NCBI GenBank assembly: GCA_964016885.1
Contig: OZ024759.1
Location: 18,662,001-18,726,000 of the forward strand
DNA: 64,000 nt
Direction of reading: 5' to 3'
From: Eledone cirrhosa
Lineage: Eukaryota
Shown: positions 43,576 through 59,115 of the stretch, in pieces
How positions within the stretch are numbered: position 1 is the first letter of the stretch
How the letters are laid out: every line of letters starts with the position of its first letter
Notes under the pieces: generated by a model
Told to the model about the DNA's origin: nothing
Seen by the model: the letters and a program-made list of their open reading frames with translations, nothing else
Databases searched by the model: none
Translations under genes and position numbers: made by a program

Positions 43576-44519
43576 CATACATATATATATATATACATAC
43601 ATATATATATATACATACATATATACATTTACATACATACATATATATATATATACATACATATATACATTTACATACATACATATATATATATATACAT
43701 ACATATATATATATACATACATATATACATTTACATACATACATATATATATATATACATACATATATATATATACATACATATATATATATATACATAT
43801 ACATACATATATATATATACATACATATATATATATATATACATACATATATACATTTACATACATACATATATATATATATACATACATATATATATAT
43901 ACATACATATATACATATACATACATATATACATTTACATACATACATATATACATTTACATACATACATATATATATATATACATACATATGTATAAAT
44001 ACATACATATATACATTTACATACATACATATATATATATATTTTAAGGTGGTACTGTATCGATCCCCTAACATATAGTATATATCCTTATATATGTAAT
44101 TGATATATTTCATAGGAGGGCAAGAGTATATACCATATTTGAAGGAAGGAAGGAAGGAAGGAAGGAAGGAAGGAAGGAAGGAAGGAAGGAAGGAAGGAAG
44201 GAAGGAAGTGATAGCTGCTTGAAGGTTTGTTTGCATGTCAGGTACATATTTTATCCCCTTCAGAAAGATAAATGACAGTTATGTGATTAAATGCCTGAAG
44301 CTAGTTGGATTAACTTGGTTACCCTGAAGTATTTAGTTAAATAGACTTACGTCTCAGCTACTCAATTGCTCTTCAATACAGAATTATTAATGACGTAAGA
44401 AATATGGTTGAGCAACAGATGAGTGGAGATAATGGTACAATACATATAACGTCTCCCACACCACTCTTGCATGCTTAGATGTATTTATTCTACGGAGAAT
44501 CGGTACTGATATAAGAGAG

Positions 44520-44625
44520 ATGACAAATAATGATTACGATGATGATGGTGATGGTGATGGTGATGATGATGATGATTATAATGATTATAATGATGATGAT
44601 GATGGTGATTATGATGATGGTGATT

Positions 44626-44658
<33 letters not shown>

Positions 44659-44685
44659 CTGATTATGATGATGATTATGATGATT

Positions 44686-44730
<45 letters not shown>

Positions 44731-44751
44731 CTGATTATGATGATGATGATT

Positions 44752-44784
<33 letters not shown>

Positions 44785-44826
44785 ATTATGATGATGATGA
44801 TGATGATGATTATTATTATGATGATT

Positions 44827-44859
<33 letters not shown>

Positions 44860-44970
44860 GTGATTATGATTATGATGATTATGATGATGATGATGCTGAT
44901 GATGGTGATTATGATGGTGATTATGATGCTGATGATGATGATGATTATGATCATCATCATCATCATCATG
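44520..44970. repeat. (GAT/TAT)n degenerate microsatellite
   Basis: Direct inspection. Confidence 0.95.
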
Positions 44971-45183
44971 AAAAGAAAAATATTGATTTAAAGAATAATG
45001 ATTTCATTTATTGGCCACAAGGGCCGACATTTAGGGGACAATGCAAAAGACTGGGACAGTGGGGGGTTTAGAGAAAAATCGAGTAAACAATATGAATAAT
45101 AATTGTTTCTACTTTAGGCACAAGGCCAGCAATTACCCAGTGCATTACTGGTACTTTATTTTAATGAAAAGGGTGACAAGAAA

Positions 45184-45184
<1 letters not shown>

Positions 45185-45239
<55 letters not shown>

Positions 45240-45360
45240 TTGGTGTTGGTAGTGGCACTAATAGTAGCATTAGTAATGGTGGTGGTGAATGATAGAAGCA
45301 ACAGTAATGGTCCTCGTAGTAGTAGTAGTAGTAATAGTAGCAGTAGGATAGTAGTAGAAA

Positions 45361-45427
<67 letters not shown>

Positions 45428-45544
45428 TGTGGTGTTGGTGTTGGTAGTGGCACTAATAGTAGCATTAGTAATGGTGGTGGTGAATGATAGAAGCAACAGT
45501 AATGGTCCTCGTAGTAGTAATAGTAGCAGTAGGATAGTAGTAGA

Positions 45545-45577
<33 letters not shown>

Positions 45578-45690
45578 TGTGGTGTTGGTGTTGGCACTAA
45601 TAGTAGCATTAGTAATGGTGGTGGTGAATGATAGAAGCAACAGTAATGGTCCTCGTAGTAGTAATAGTAGCAGTAGGATAGTAGTAGAAA

Positions 45691-45739
<49 letters not shown>

Positions 45740-45882
45740 TGTGGTGTTGGTGTTGGTAGTGGCACTAATAGTAGCATTAGTAATGGTGGTGGTGAATGAT
45801 AGAAGCAACAGTAATGGTCCTCGTAGTAGTAGTAGTAGTAGTATTAGTAATAGTAGTAGTAGTAATAGTAGGATAGTAGTAT

Positions 45883-45927
<45 letters not shown>

Positions 45928-45928
45928 C
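45185..45928. repeat. (AGT)n-based composite tandem repeat, 4 units
   Basis: GGCACTAATAGTAGCATTAGTAATGGTGGTGGTGAATGATAGAAGCAACAGTAATGGTCCTCG repeated four times between AGT runs. Confidence 0.92.
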
Positions 45929-46438
45929 GAGGTGGTAAATGTACTAGAAGAGAGAGTTTGAAAAAAAAAAAAAAAAAAAAGGCTGACGAAAATATTAGTG
46001 ATGATGATGATGATGGTGGTGGTGGAGGCGTTGGTGGACGATTGAGGAGTAGTAGGAGAAGGAAGGGGGGGGGGGGGGGTAAGAAGTGTCTAGAAGAACT
46101 GTAGAATTGTAGAAAGCCAAGAAGGAAAATATCCAAATGGAACATTGAGTTATTTCCTATACAGTTCCGTATCAATCAGTAAGATTTAACAATGTACCCT
46201 GATTACCACTGTGGAGAATACCATGGTGGACATTGTCACGTAATGGTCTCTGAGACTCCCACCCCACCCTCACACGCCACTCCTCCTCACGTTACCCCTT
46301 ATTGCGTCCACCACACCGCCCATCACACATACCTAGGACCCCCCTCCTATCACTCACTAACTACCAGAAATTAAAAACAGAAAGTGGGAGTCTATGTTTT
46401 TAATACTTGGTCAATATGTGTGTGTTTGTGGTTATATA

Positions 46439-46509
<71 letters not shown>

Positions 46510-47450
46510 GTGTGTGTATATGTATGTGTGTATGTATATATGTATGTATGTGAGTATGTATATATATATATATGTGTGTATGTATATATATGTGTGTGTA
46601 TGTATATATGTATGTGAGTATGTATATGTATATATATATGTGTGTGTATGTATATATGTGTGTGTGTATGTATATATGTGTGTGTGTGTATGTATATATG
46701 TATGTGTGTATGTATATATGTATGTATGTGAGTATGTATACATATATATATGTGTGTATGTATATATATATATGTGTGTATGTATATATGTATATGTGTA
46801 TGTATATATGTGTGTGTATGTATATATGTATGTGTGTATGTATATATGTATGTGTGTATGTATATATGTGTGTGTATGTATATATGTATGTGTGTATGTA
46901 TATATGTATGTGAGTATGTATATATATATATATATATGTGTATGTATATATGCATGTGTGTATGTATATATGTATGTGTGTATGTATATATGTATGTGTG
47001 TATGTATGTGTGTATGTGTGTATGTGCGTATGTATGTGTATATGTACATATGTATGTATATATGTACATGGGTGCATGTGTATGTATATGCGCAGGGACG
47101 TAGAAATAGTCGGGCTGGACACCCGATCGCGCGGTTAAACCACTGAAAGTGAAGGACCCCTAGCGTTTGTCAGGGCATTCTTCTAAGAGAAGGCAACTCA
47201 GGAAACTGGGATAACTCCGATATAAAACCTGCGGCTCAGTAGTTACCGATGATGTGGATCTTTTCTTCTTTTCGGGTTATAGCTGCTGTCGCTCAGAGTG
47301 TGGGATTGGCTCAGTGCACAGTCTTTTCTCACTTTAAAAAATATCTTCACGCACAGGCATTGCACGATAGAATCTAAACTATAATAAAGGAAGGTCTGCG
47401 GGACTACGTGCGGTTTATTTTTTTTTATCCCGTTAGTAAAATAAGTTGGA

Positions 47451-47880
47451 TTACTTTGAATAAATAATTGTTTCTACTTTTTGGCACAAGGCCAGCAAAT
47501 ATACCCAGTGTATTACTGGTACTTTATTTTATCGACCCCATAAGGATGAAAGGCAAAGTTAAACTCGGCGGGATTTGAACTCAGAATGGCAAGGGCCGTA
47601 ACTCTACGCGTCAAAGCATGGCGTCCGACCCTCTACCGATACTGCCAAGCCATCGCGTTACTTTGAATAAATAATTGTTTCTACTTTTGGCACAAGGCCA
47701 GCAAATTACCCAGTGTATTACTGGTACTTTATTTTATCGACCCCATAAGGATGAAAGGCAAAGTTAAACTCGGCGGGATTTGAACTCAGAATCGCAAGGG
47801 CCGTAACTCTACGCGTCAAAGCATGGCGTCCGACCCTCTACCGATACTGCCAAGCTATCGCCTTACTTTGAATAAATAAT
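47451..47880 (-). mobile_element. Tandem dimer of Meta-core SINE bounded by three copies of an 18-bp target repeat
   Basis: TTACTTTGAATAAATAAT at 47451, 47658, 47863. Confidence 0.9.
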
Positions 47881-47987
47881 GAATGAATATTACATAATTT
47901 ATCTACTAAATTTCGTGGCTGTTCATTATAATTTCGTAAAAATAAATAATAATCAAATGTGCTGCGCTGGTCAATCGAATCCGCAAA

Positions 47988-48420
47988 CATCATCATCATA
48001 ACGGCGTGCTTACTGAACGGATCGCCATGACTCGTTCACTCCAGTCTATTCGGTCTGCCATTGTTCGTAATAGACCTTTTCGGGTGCATTCAGAATACTC
48101 ACTACAGTTGCTTTATGTAGATTTGATGTGGTGTGATCTACCAACATTTGTGTACCTATGAAGAACTTCGGTGATGATCTTATCCTTTGTTCATCCTTTG
48201 TTCTCCAGCAATGTCTAGCGAATCCTTTTCTTCTTTCTCTGATGATGTGTCATGTTGGTGGTAAATATCGACTGAGTTCATTCGTAGGCTGTTGTCTCCT
48301 GAGGACGTCCAGAACAATTCGAAGCATCCTTATATAAGTTCCGTCAATTTTATTTTTAAGACGCTTCGTTGGAGTGTATGTTTTACATCAATATAACAGA
48401 ACTGCATGTACCCGCAAACA
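47988..48420 (-). mobile_element. Decayed RTE-clade LINE 3' fragment
   Basis: Minus strand encodes DGTYIRMLRIVLDV...QQPTNEL-like peptide and ends in a (GAT)n tail. Frames are disrupted. Confidence 0.65.
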
Positions 48421-48862
48421 CATGGTTGTAAAAACACACCATTTTCTCCACAATGACATGTATATATCCGTATATATTTGAAAATCATTTCTTTGCTACT
48501 TATATAATAATATATCTATTTCTTTCTCCGGGAACAATTTTCGTAATTATCAGTTTCCAACTATATGATAACGCATGCTTTCGTATTCAAATTATAGTTA
48601 GGAACAATTGTCATATTCTAAATGCTTAATATTCCTATTTACTTCTAAATACTATTTAATGAGTATTATTATCCTAATTGAACAAACGAAGAATGTAAAG
48701 ATGCAAATAAGCTTCTAATTACATAAGAAATATAGATATGGCGTTTCAATCACGTGTATATTCTGCACGAGCATACATACAACGGTACTCAGATAAACAC
48801 ACATGAATGTATATGTATATATATATATATATATTCGTGTGTGTTCAGATACCTTACTATAT

Positions 48863-48895
<33 letters not shown>

Positions 48896-48919
48896 ATGTG
48901 TGTGTGTGTGTGTGTGTGC

Positions 48920-49154
48920 TGAGTAATGTAATAATATTACATTTGAAGACTAAAATCCAAAGAGGGTTCGATAAGGATAAATATATATCAAATATATAAG
49001 AACCCTAGAGCAAATATTTATTAAAATAACTGATTAAAGGTTAAGCAAAGAATCGTTGCTTTCACCCTTAACGGGATCTTCTGAATCTGTTTCAGAAGAT
49101 CCCGTTAAGGGTGAAAGCAGCGATTCTTTGCTTAACCTTTAATCAGTTATTTTA

Positions 49155-49157
<3 letters not shown>
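48920..49157. mobile_element. Asymmetric palindrome with variant HHR-like core
   Basis: Arms 49019-49085 and 49091-49157 (one mismatch). CAGAAGA-tCCC-gttaa-GGGt-GAAA-GCA...TGC-TT. The tail on the left contains a GGGTTC...GAACCC stem. Flanked by (GT)n and (TA)n. Confidence 0.75.
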
Positions 49158-49247
<90 letters not shown>

Positions 49248-49327
49248 TATAAAAAATACGTATATATAGATATATATATACATATATATATGTGTGTGTG
49301 TGTGTGTTCGTGTGTGTTCAGATACAT

Positions 49328-49368
<41 letters not shown>

Positions 49369-49521
49369 CATATATACATATATATATATACATATATATA
49401 CATATATATATATACATATATATATATACACATATATATATACACATATATATATATATATACACATATATGTATATACATATATATATATACATATATA
49501 TATATACATATATATATATAC

Positions 49522-49626
<105 letters not shown>

Positions 49627-49721
49627 CATATATATATATACATACATATATATATATACATATATATACATATATATACATACATATATATATATACATA
49701 TATATACATATATATACATAC

Positions 49722-49768
<47 letters not shown>

Positions 49769-49961
49769 CATACATACATACATATATATATACATACATA
49801 CATACATACATATATATACATACATACATATATATATATATACATATATATATACATATATATATACATATATATATACATATATATATACATACATACA
49901 TATATACATACATACATACATATATATATATATATACATACATATATATATATATACATAC

Positions 49962-49994
<33 letters not shown>

Positions 49995-50047
49995 CATACA
50001 TATATATATACATACATATATACATACATACACATATATATACATAC

Positions 50048-50078
<31 letters not shown>

Positions 50079-50270
50079 CATACATATACACATATATACA
50101 TATATATATACATATATACATACATATATATATATACATATATATATGTATGTATATATACATATATATATACATATATATATATATACATATATATATA
50201 CATATATATACATATATATACATATATACATACATATATATATATGTATATATACATATATATATATGCA

Positions 50271-50680
50271 TCCGGGAGAGATGACCCCTTAGCCTTTGTC
50301 AAGGCAGAATTCTAGGAGAAGGAAAACTCTGATATAACACCTGCAACCCTGATGGTATCCAATGATGTTGACTTGTTCTTCTTTTTGGTAAATATCATCT
50401 TGGTTAAGAGAGTGGGACAGGCTTTGTGCAGTGCCTTTGCTCACTATAAAAGCTTCACGGCACAGGCATTGCTTTATATCTGGAGATCTCTCTGCACTTG
50501 TCGTCACATGGTACCATGGGCCCAGCACTATGTGTCAATAATTGTCACAGGTGTAGTGTTTGTACCAGAGTTTTCAAGTCGCTGGCCGGACTAAAAAGTC
50601 ACTCGTTCAGCGCATCGGTAGGGGTTCTCCTACATGGATATAAAGTAGTGGCCGTACTCGAAAACGATTTGGCAGCCACC
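50271..50680 (+). mobile_element. 5'-truncated copy of the RTE-derived non-autonomous element
   Basis: Collinear with about 26836-27247. Confidence 0.75.
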
Positions 50681-50690
50681 ATATATATGC

Positions 50691-50728
<38 letters not shown>

Positions 50729-51015
50729 ACATATATATACATTTTTACATATATATATGCATATATATATATATACATATATATATACATATACACACAC
50801 ATATACATATATATACATACATATATATATATATACATATATACATACATATATATATATATACATATATACATACATATATATTTATATACATATATAC
50901 ATACATATATATTTATATATATACATACATATATATTTATATATATACATATATATATATATACATATACATACACATACATACATATACATACATACAT
51001 ACATACATACATACA

Positions 51016-51047
<32 letters not shown>

Positions 51048-51415
51048 CATATATAATATACAGACACAGACACACACATGTCTGTGACTGTGTGGTATGC
51101 TGCTCACCAATATAGACACAACTCTGAAGACTGATTATATAACATTCATTTTCCCAATCAATATTAGCATCTCTATAATTTATACGACGATCTATTTAAA
51201 TGTATTTGTCATTAATATAAACTTTATTGGATTTATGTTAAAATTAGAAGTGATTTCTTTCAAATAAAACTCTTTAACTGTTTTTTTATTATTGGCATTA
51301 TTAATCAGATTAAGTCAATACTAGAATTTCTGAATTTTTTAATATCGTCACGAATAATTAAAATTTCCAATTATTCGTCTGTATTGTTAAATACGTTCTA
51401 TTTATTTCGCCTTAA

Positions 51416-51828
51416 TCTCTCTCTATATATATATAAAAGCAAGTCGGTCTGTCTGTGCGTCTATCTGTCTGTCAGTCTGTGTACAAATACTAGGCAACTT
51501 CTGAAGTACTAGGCCGATTTCAACCAAATTTGGCTCACATGTTGCTTATATGCCAGAACAGGTTTTGGACAAATTTGAACAAAATCGATATTGGGGCCCG
51601 AAAAATCGATTTTGTGTGTGTATCAGTCTGTGTACAAATACTAGGCTCCTTTTAACTTTTGAAGTACTAGACCGGTTTGGCATGTGTTATTGGGGCGACC
51701 TCTCATTGGCTAGCCAATTAGCTGACATAAGCTGACATGCACTCAGAAATTGCTAGCTAAGCCATAAACGACCTTGAACAATTCAGGCTGTCATTCATTT
51801 CCCGAGCAACGCCGGGTACATCTGCTAG
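51416..51828 (+). mobile_element. Non-autonomous Helitron
   Basis: 5' A|TC...TATATATAAAA start, (GTCT)n tract, 3' hairpin CCCG-agcaacgc-CGGG followed by CTAG|T, no TSD. Confidence 0.85.
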
Positions 51829-51947
51829 TGTTATATAAATGATACAAGACACTTATGATTATTGAAAATGGTCAATAAAAATTTCTATAAAATGGTCAAT
51901 AAAAATTTATACTAAATGTCATAACCAAACAAACAAACAAAAAAATA

Positions 51948-52840
51948 ATAATTGTTTCTACTTTTGGCACAAGGCCAGCAATTACCCAGTACATTACTGG
52001 TACTTTATTTTATCGACCTCGTAAGGATGAAAGGCAAAGTTGACCTCGGCGGGATTTGAACTCAGAATAGAAAGGGCCGTAACTCTATGCGTCAAAGCAC
52101 CGATACTACCAATCCACCGCCCTTATAACAAAAATCCTACCTGGACACCCATAAAATACTATACTCAAACAGATTGTCCAAACAGGTCTCCACGCAGAGT
52201 ATTCTAACTCTCTAGCAGTAATAATTGTTTCTACTTTAGGCACAAAGCCGGCAATTTGAAGGGGAGAAGAAAAAATCGACCTCAGTACATTACTGGTGCT
52301 TTATTTTATCGACCCCCCCGTAAGGATGAAAGGCAAAGTTGACCTCGGCGGGATTTGAATTCAGATCATGAAGGGTGATAAATCTATGTTGTAAAACATG
52401 ATATCTGACCCTCTACCGGTACTCCCAATTCTCATATAGGCACAAGGCTAGCAATTTTGGGAGAGGGGAAAGTCGATTAAAGCGACCCCAGTGTCAGCCT
52501 GGTACCTTATTTTATCGACCCCGTAAGGATGAAACGCAAAGCTAACCTCGGCGGGATTTGAACTCAGAACATAAAGGGCGATAACTCTATGCTGCCAAGC
52601 ATGGTGTCTGACGCTCTACCGATACTGCCAAAACACCGCCCTTTAAGCAGTAATAATTGTTTCTACGTTTGGCACAAGGACAGCAATTACCCAGTGCATT
52701 ACTGGTACTTTACTTTATCGACCCCGTAAGGATGAAAGGCAAAGTCAACCTCGGCGGGATTTGAACTCAGATCGTAAAGGGACGTAACTATGCTGGAAAG
52801 CATGTCCGAGCCTCTCCCGATACTGCCAATTCACCGCCTA
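51948..52840 (-). mobile_element. Cluster of 4 co-oriented Meta-core SINEs
   Basis: Copies at about 51948-52125, 52220-52430, 52430-52645 and 52650-52840. Confidence 0.88.
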
Positions 52841-53124
52841 ATGAATGGTATAACATATCATCACATCACCGCACCTCACATAAACAACAATACTTTTCTT
52901 TCCTAATAAAAGCAAAAACAAATCCAGAAATTTGAAGGTGAGTCAGGAAGTCGATTATATCGACATTAGTATTTCAATGGTACCTTACTGTGTTGACATA
53001 GGATGTAAGTAATGTAACGTTGACCTCAGTAGGCTGTCATCACAAAAAATAATAGTAGTAAGTGGAAGTGTATATATTTAATATATAGCTAATAAGCATG
53101 CGTGTATACTACTACTACTACTAG

Positions 53125-53450
53125 AGTCGAGTTGACACTCGCAAAGATTCAGCACACCTTCTCCAATCGTCCCAGTCGAACATGGCATTTCTCAGTTCAT
53201 CGATGTTATCAATGTTGACATCTTTCAGCAGCGTATCAATGCATGAGACGGCATGTCTTCCCACGCTTCTTCGTTCGATCGTCGGTTTTCAGAGCATAAG
53301 CTGTGATGCTGTCTCTTCTGGATGACGGATGCAGTGCCCAGCCAATTTCATTCGTCAGCAGGCAACTTTTTTTGAGACTGGTGGTAGTGGTCTTTCTACT
53401 AGAGATGTTTAAGTATAGGTGAGTATTTCAGAAGTTTACCTTCCAAGGAG
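53125..53450 (-). mobile_element. Decayed RTE-clade LINE 3' fragment
   Basis: Minus strand LPPVSKKVAC*RMKLAGHCIRHPEETASQLML*KP...IDTLLKDVNIDNIDELRNAMFDWDDWR, followed by a (TAG)n tail. Confidence 0.8.
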
Positions 53451-53757
53451 AAATGTATGAACAACATATCCAGTGCAAGAAGGTAAAACAAGCTGTTTAA
53501 GTCCGATAATAAGGCCAACGTAATCTCTAAAGTGGGAAAGTATACAAAATCTTTACGGAAATTTCCAGAATAAAAAAATATGCAGCATTTTTATAGCTGA
53601 AACAATTGTAAAGTATAGGATTCTAATAAACAGATCTGTGTAAATTCCACTGAGTTTTGTTAATTACATATATTTGCATGTGCATACATATACATATATA
53701 GGTAGACACACACATATAAGTATGTATCTTTCTCTTTCTCTCTGTCTTTCTCTTTTT

Positions 53758-53788
<31 letters not shown>

Positions 53789-53789
53789 G

Positions 53790-53837
<48 letters not shown>

Positions 53838-54023
53838 TGTGTGTGTATAAATACATACACACACACATATGCATATATATATATATGTCTGTATATATAT
53901 GTATATATATATGTGTTTGGGTGTGTGTATGTGTGTGTGTGTGCAAAAAGTAAACAAATAAAGTAAATGACAGTAAAATGAAGATATATATATATAATAT
54001 ATATATAAATGTAAATATATGTA

Positions 54024-54061
<38 letters not shown>

Positions 54062-54665
54062 AATATATATAAATGTAAATATATATAAATATTTATAAAT
54101 GTAAATAGACATAAATATATATAGATATAAATATATATAAATATAAATATATATAAATATAAATACACACACACACACAATCATATTTAGAACTGCAAAG
54201 ATATAAAATCAAACAATACAAAATTAATAAAAAGTAATAAAAACCAATACATGAACCCACATAAATACAACGAACAAACCAACGTCGAATCAAAAATTCA
54301 TTAACACACAAATTAAATCGTTAAAATTTCGATATAGGAATTCTTATTTTTATTTCCACAATATTTTCAATTTAAATTAATTTCATTATGTTGTTCAAGT
54401 GTACATCTAATTTTTCTATTCTATTCTATATTTATCATTTGTTACAGTTTGTCTCTATCTCGAATGTCATTTAGAGATTGTATGTATTGAATGGAATATT
54501 GTTTTACGCATGTTGGTATGTATGTATATGTGTATATACATAAATATTCAAATACACACATGCACATATATCTATATCTATATATATATATATATATATA
54601 TATACGCATGTATATATATGTATGCCTATATATATATATTCATACATAAATATATATAGACATTT

Positions 54666-54730
<65 letters not shown>

Positions 54731-54875
54731 AATATATAAATATAAATATATATATATATACACATAAATATATATATATATAAATATAAATATATATATA
54801 TACACATAAATATATATATATACACATAAATATATATATATATATATATAAATATATATACATAAATATATATAC

Positions 54876-54910
<35 letters not shown>

Positions 54911-56340
54911 TATATACATAAATATATATATATATATATATATACACATAAATATATATATATAAAAATATATATATATACACATAAATATATATATATA
55001 TATATATATACACATAAATATATATATATAAAAATATATATATATACACATAAATATATATATATATAAATATATATATATAAATATATATATAATTATA
55101 AATATATATATATACATAAATATATATATATAAATATATATATAATTATAAATATATATACATAATATATATATATAAATATATATATAATTATAAATAT
55201 ATATATATACATAAATATATATATATTTATAAATATGTATATTTATATACATAAATATATATATATATTTATACAAAAATATATAATTATATATATATAT
55301 ATACATAAATATATATATATATATATAAATATATATATTTATATACATAAATATATATATATATTTATACATAAATATATATATATATATACATAAATAT
55401 ATATATATATACATAAATATATATATATATATATATAAATGTATATATATATACATAAATATATATATATATACATAAATATATATATATATATATATAT
55501 ACATATAAATGTATATATATATACATAAATATATATATATATACATAAATATATATATATATATATACATAAATATATATATATATACACAAATATATAT
55601 ATATATATATATATACATAAATATATATATACACATAAATATATAAATTTATATATATACATATATATACAAATATATATATATATACATACAAATATAT
55701 ATATATATACATAAATATATATATATATATATATATATACATAAATATATATACGTATATATATATATACATATATATACGTATATATATATATACATAT
55801 ATATATATAAATATATATATTTATATACATAAATATATATATATATATATATACATAAATATATATAAATTTATACATAAATATATAATTATATATATAT
55901 ATACATAAATATATATTTATTTATATATACATAAATATATATATATATACATAAATATATATATATATACATAAATATATATATATATACATAAATATAT
56001 ATATATATATAAATATATATATATATACATAAATATATATATATATATATACATAAATAAACATATTTATATATATACATAAATATACATATTTATATAT
56101 ATACATAAATATACATATTTATATATATACATAAATATATATATATATACATACATAAATATATATATATATATATACATAAATATATATATACATATAT
56201 ATATATACACACACATATATATATAAATATATATACACAAATATATATACATATATATATATATACACACACATATATATATAAATATATATACACAAAT
56301 ATATATACACATATATATATATATATACATAAATATATAT

Positions 56341-56389
<49 letters not shown>

Positions 56390-56482
56390 AAAATATATAT
56401 ATACATAAATATATATATACATATAAATATATACATAAATATATACACACACACATATATACATATATATACATAAATATAT

Positions 56483-56513
<31 letters not shown>

Positions 56514-56545
56514 CATAAATATATACACACACACACATATATATA

Positions 56546-56586
<41 letters not shown>

Positions 56587-56855
56587 ATATATATATATAC
56601 TGTGCGTTTATGCATGTGCGCTTGTATGTGAGAGTGTGTGTATTAAGTTAGGAAATCCATGTAATTTATAATTGGTCTTGTGTCATTTTAAATTTGTTGT
56701 GCTTCTTGAACAAGTTGTCGAACTTTTTCCTATTGTTCTTTCCAGTTTCTTATCATTACTGGAAAACAGGCGTCATATCAAATTACACCTTTTCAGAAAC
56801 ACTGAAAACACACACATGCCTTATCATGTATGCTTGTGAGATCTGAGCGCATGTA

Positions 56856-56909
<54 letters not shown>

Positions 56910-57183
56910 TATACACAGTATATGTATATATGTGTATATATATATATATACAAATATACATATACATACATGTATATATGTATATATATACAGATATACA
57001 TATACATATATGTATATATGTATATTTATACAGATATACATACACATATACATACATGTATATATGTATATGTACATTTGCATATATATATATACATATA
57101 TACATGTATGTATATGTATATTTGTATTATATATATTATATATATATATATTCGTATGTGTGTGTGTATATACATACATGTAT

Positions 57184-57220
<37 letters not shown>

Positions 57221-57369
57221 ATGTACACATACATATATACATACATGTGTATATGTATATTTGTATGTATATATACATATATACATGTATGTATATGTAT
57301 ATCTGTATTATATATATATATATATATATACCTAGGTGTGTGTGTATATATACATATGTACATACATGA

Positions 57370-57409
<40 letters not shown>

Positions 57410-57989
57410 ACACACATATATATAATGCAAACATACATATATATATACACGTGAGTGTGCATGAGTAGATACACGTATACACAAAACATAATATATCCAG
57501 TAGGTTATTGAAATGTCATCATTCACGTTTCAAGGTACAGAGCGTCAGTGAAAATAAAAATGGTAAATCGTAAGACTATTGAATCGTATAAACGCATAGA
57601 ATTAATTAATTATAGATGCACTAAAAACAGGATTTGCATAATTAGAATAGTATCACAAGGGGTATCATGTGTTCTCGCAACGTTAACACACACACACACA
57701 TATATATATAGAGAGAGAAAGTGAGACACATACACACATATTTATATATAGAGAGAGACACACACATATATATATATATATATAGACACACACACACATA
57801 TATATATATATAGAGAGAGAGAGACACACACACATATTTATAGACACACACACATATATATATAGAGAGAGAAAGTGAGACACATACACACGTATTTATA
57901 TATAGAGAGAGACACACACATATATTTGTAGACACACACACATATATATATAGACACACACACACATATATATATATATATACACACAC

Positions 57990-58022
<33 letters not shown>

Positions 58023-58438
58023 CACACACACAAATATATATATATAGACACTCACACACACACATATATAGACACACACACACATATATATAGACACACG
58101 CACACACATATATATAGACACACACACACACATATATATATAGACACACACACACATATAGACACACACACACACATATATATATATATATTTTACATTA
58201 TATATTTGTATATAATGCAATAATTATGAAATTTGTAAAATTACCCATTCTGTCGGAGTAAAAACGATCTTTGCATATACTTCTGTACTCCTTTTTTTAC
58301 TATATATATATATATATATAATGGAAAAATTTGAACAGGGACAAAACAGAGAGGCAGTACAATAAATGTTTATTAATTTCACGCTCAGGAGAGTGGGGGG
58401 TAAGTGGTATATATATATATATATATATATATATAAGT

Positions 58439-58490
<52 letters not shown>

Positions 58491-58491
58491 T

Positions 58492-58554
<63 letters not shown>

Positions 58555-58556
<2 letters not shown>

Positions 58557-58800
58557 AGATCAAAAGATGGTTAAAGGAGTTCCATGCATTTTATTATGCG
58601 CATTTCAAAAACAAACATCATCATGCAATAATATTTGTGTTTTCATCAGATAAAACAGGAGGACATGATATGAAGGCTAAAAAACACTTGTGGATAGTGC
58701 AGTTTTAAATCAACATATACCCCAGTCCTACAAACTGTAGAGTGCTTCTTATCCGATATCTGCATTGCTTTATTGTACTACAATAAAACTCACCTCCTAC
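58555..58800. mobile_element. Rearranged copy of the 13.2 kb family: HHR arm on minus strand joined to tail on plus strand
   Basis: 58555-58718 is the reverse complement of about 13164-13330 (HHR 58588-58656). 58719-58800 matches 13340-13420 directly. Confidence 0.85.
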
Positions 58801-58826
58801 ATATATATATATATATATATACCACA

Positions 58827-58869
<43 letters not shown>

Positions 58870-59115
58870 ACAATGTTCAATTTGTCAAGCTATTTAAACG
58901 TATGTTGTTACTCTCAGGACCTACCCTTATTGAGTGCTTTGCTAACTCATTCATATTGTAGGTCGACTTTGCCTAATCTATCCTTTTAATTGAGTCTTGT
59001 GAATCGTATTATCTTTAGTCAGTATTCGCTTCACCCTGGCGGTTTTTGTCCCTTGTGATTTGAACGCATATATGTACATATCTGTGTTCGTCTCTCTTTA
59101 TGGTATATATATATG

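Noticed and set aside
44490-45884. Poly-Asp, poly-Met, poly-Thr and poly-Val ORFs (also poly-Lys/Phe at 20.5 kb and 36.6-37.0 kb)
   Set aside because: Trinucleotide microsatellite translations.
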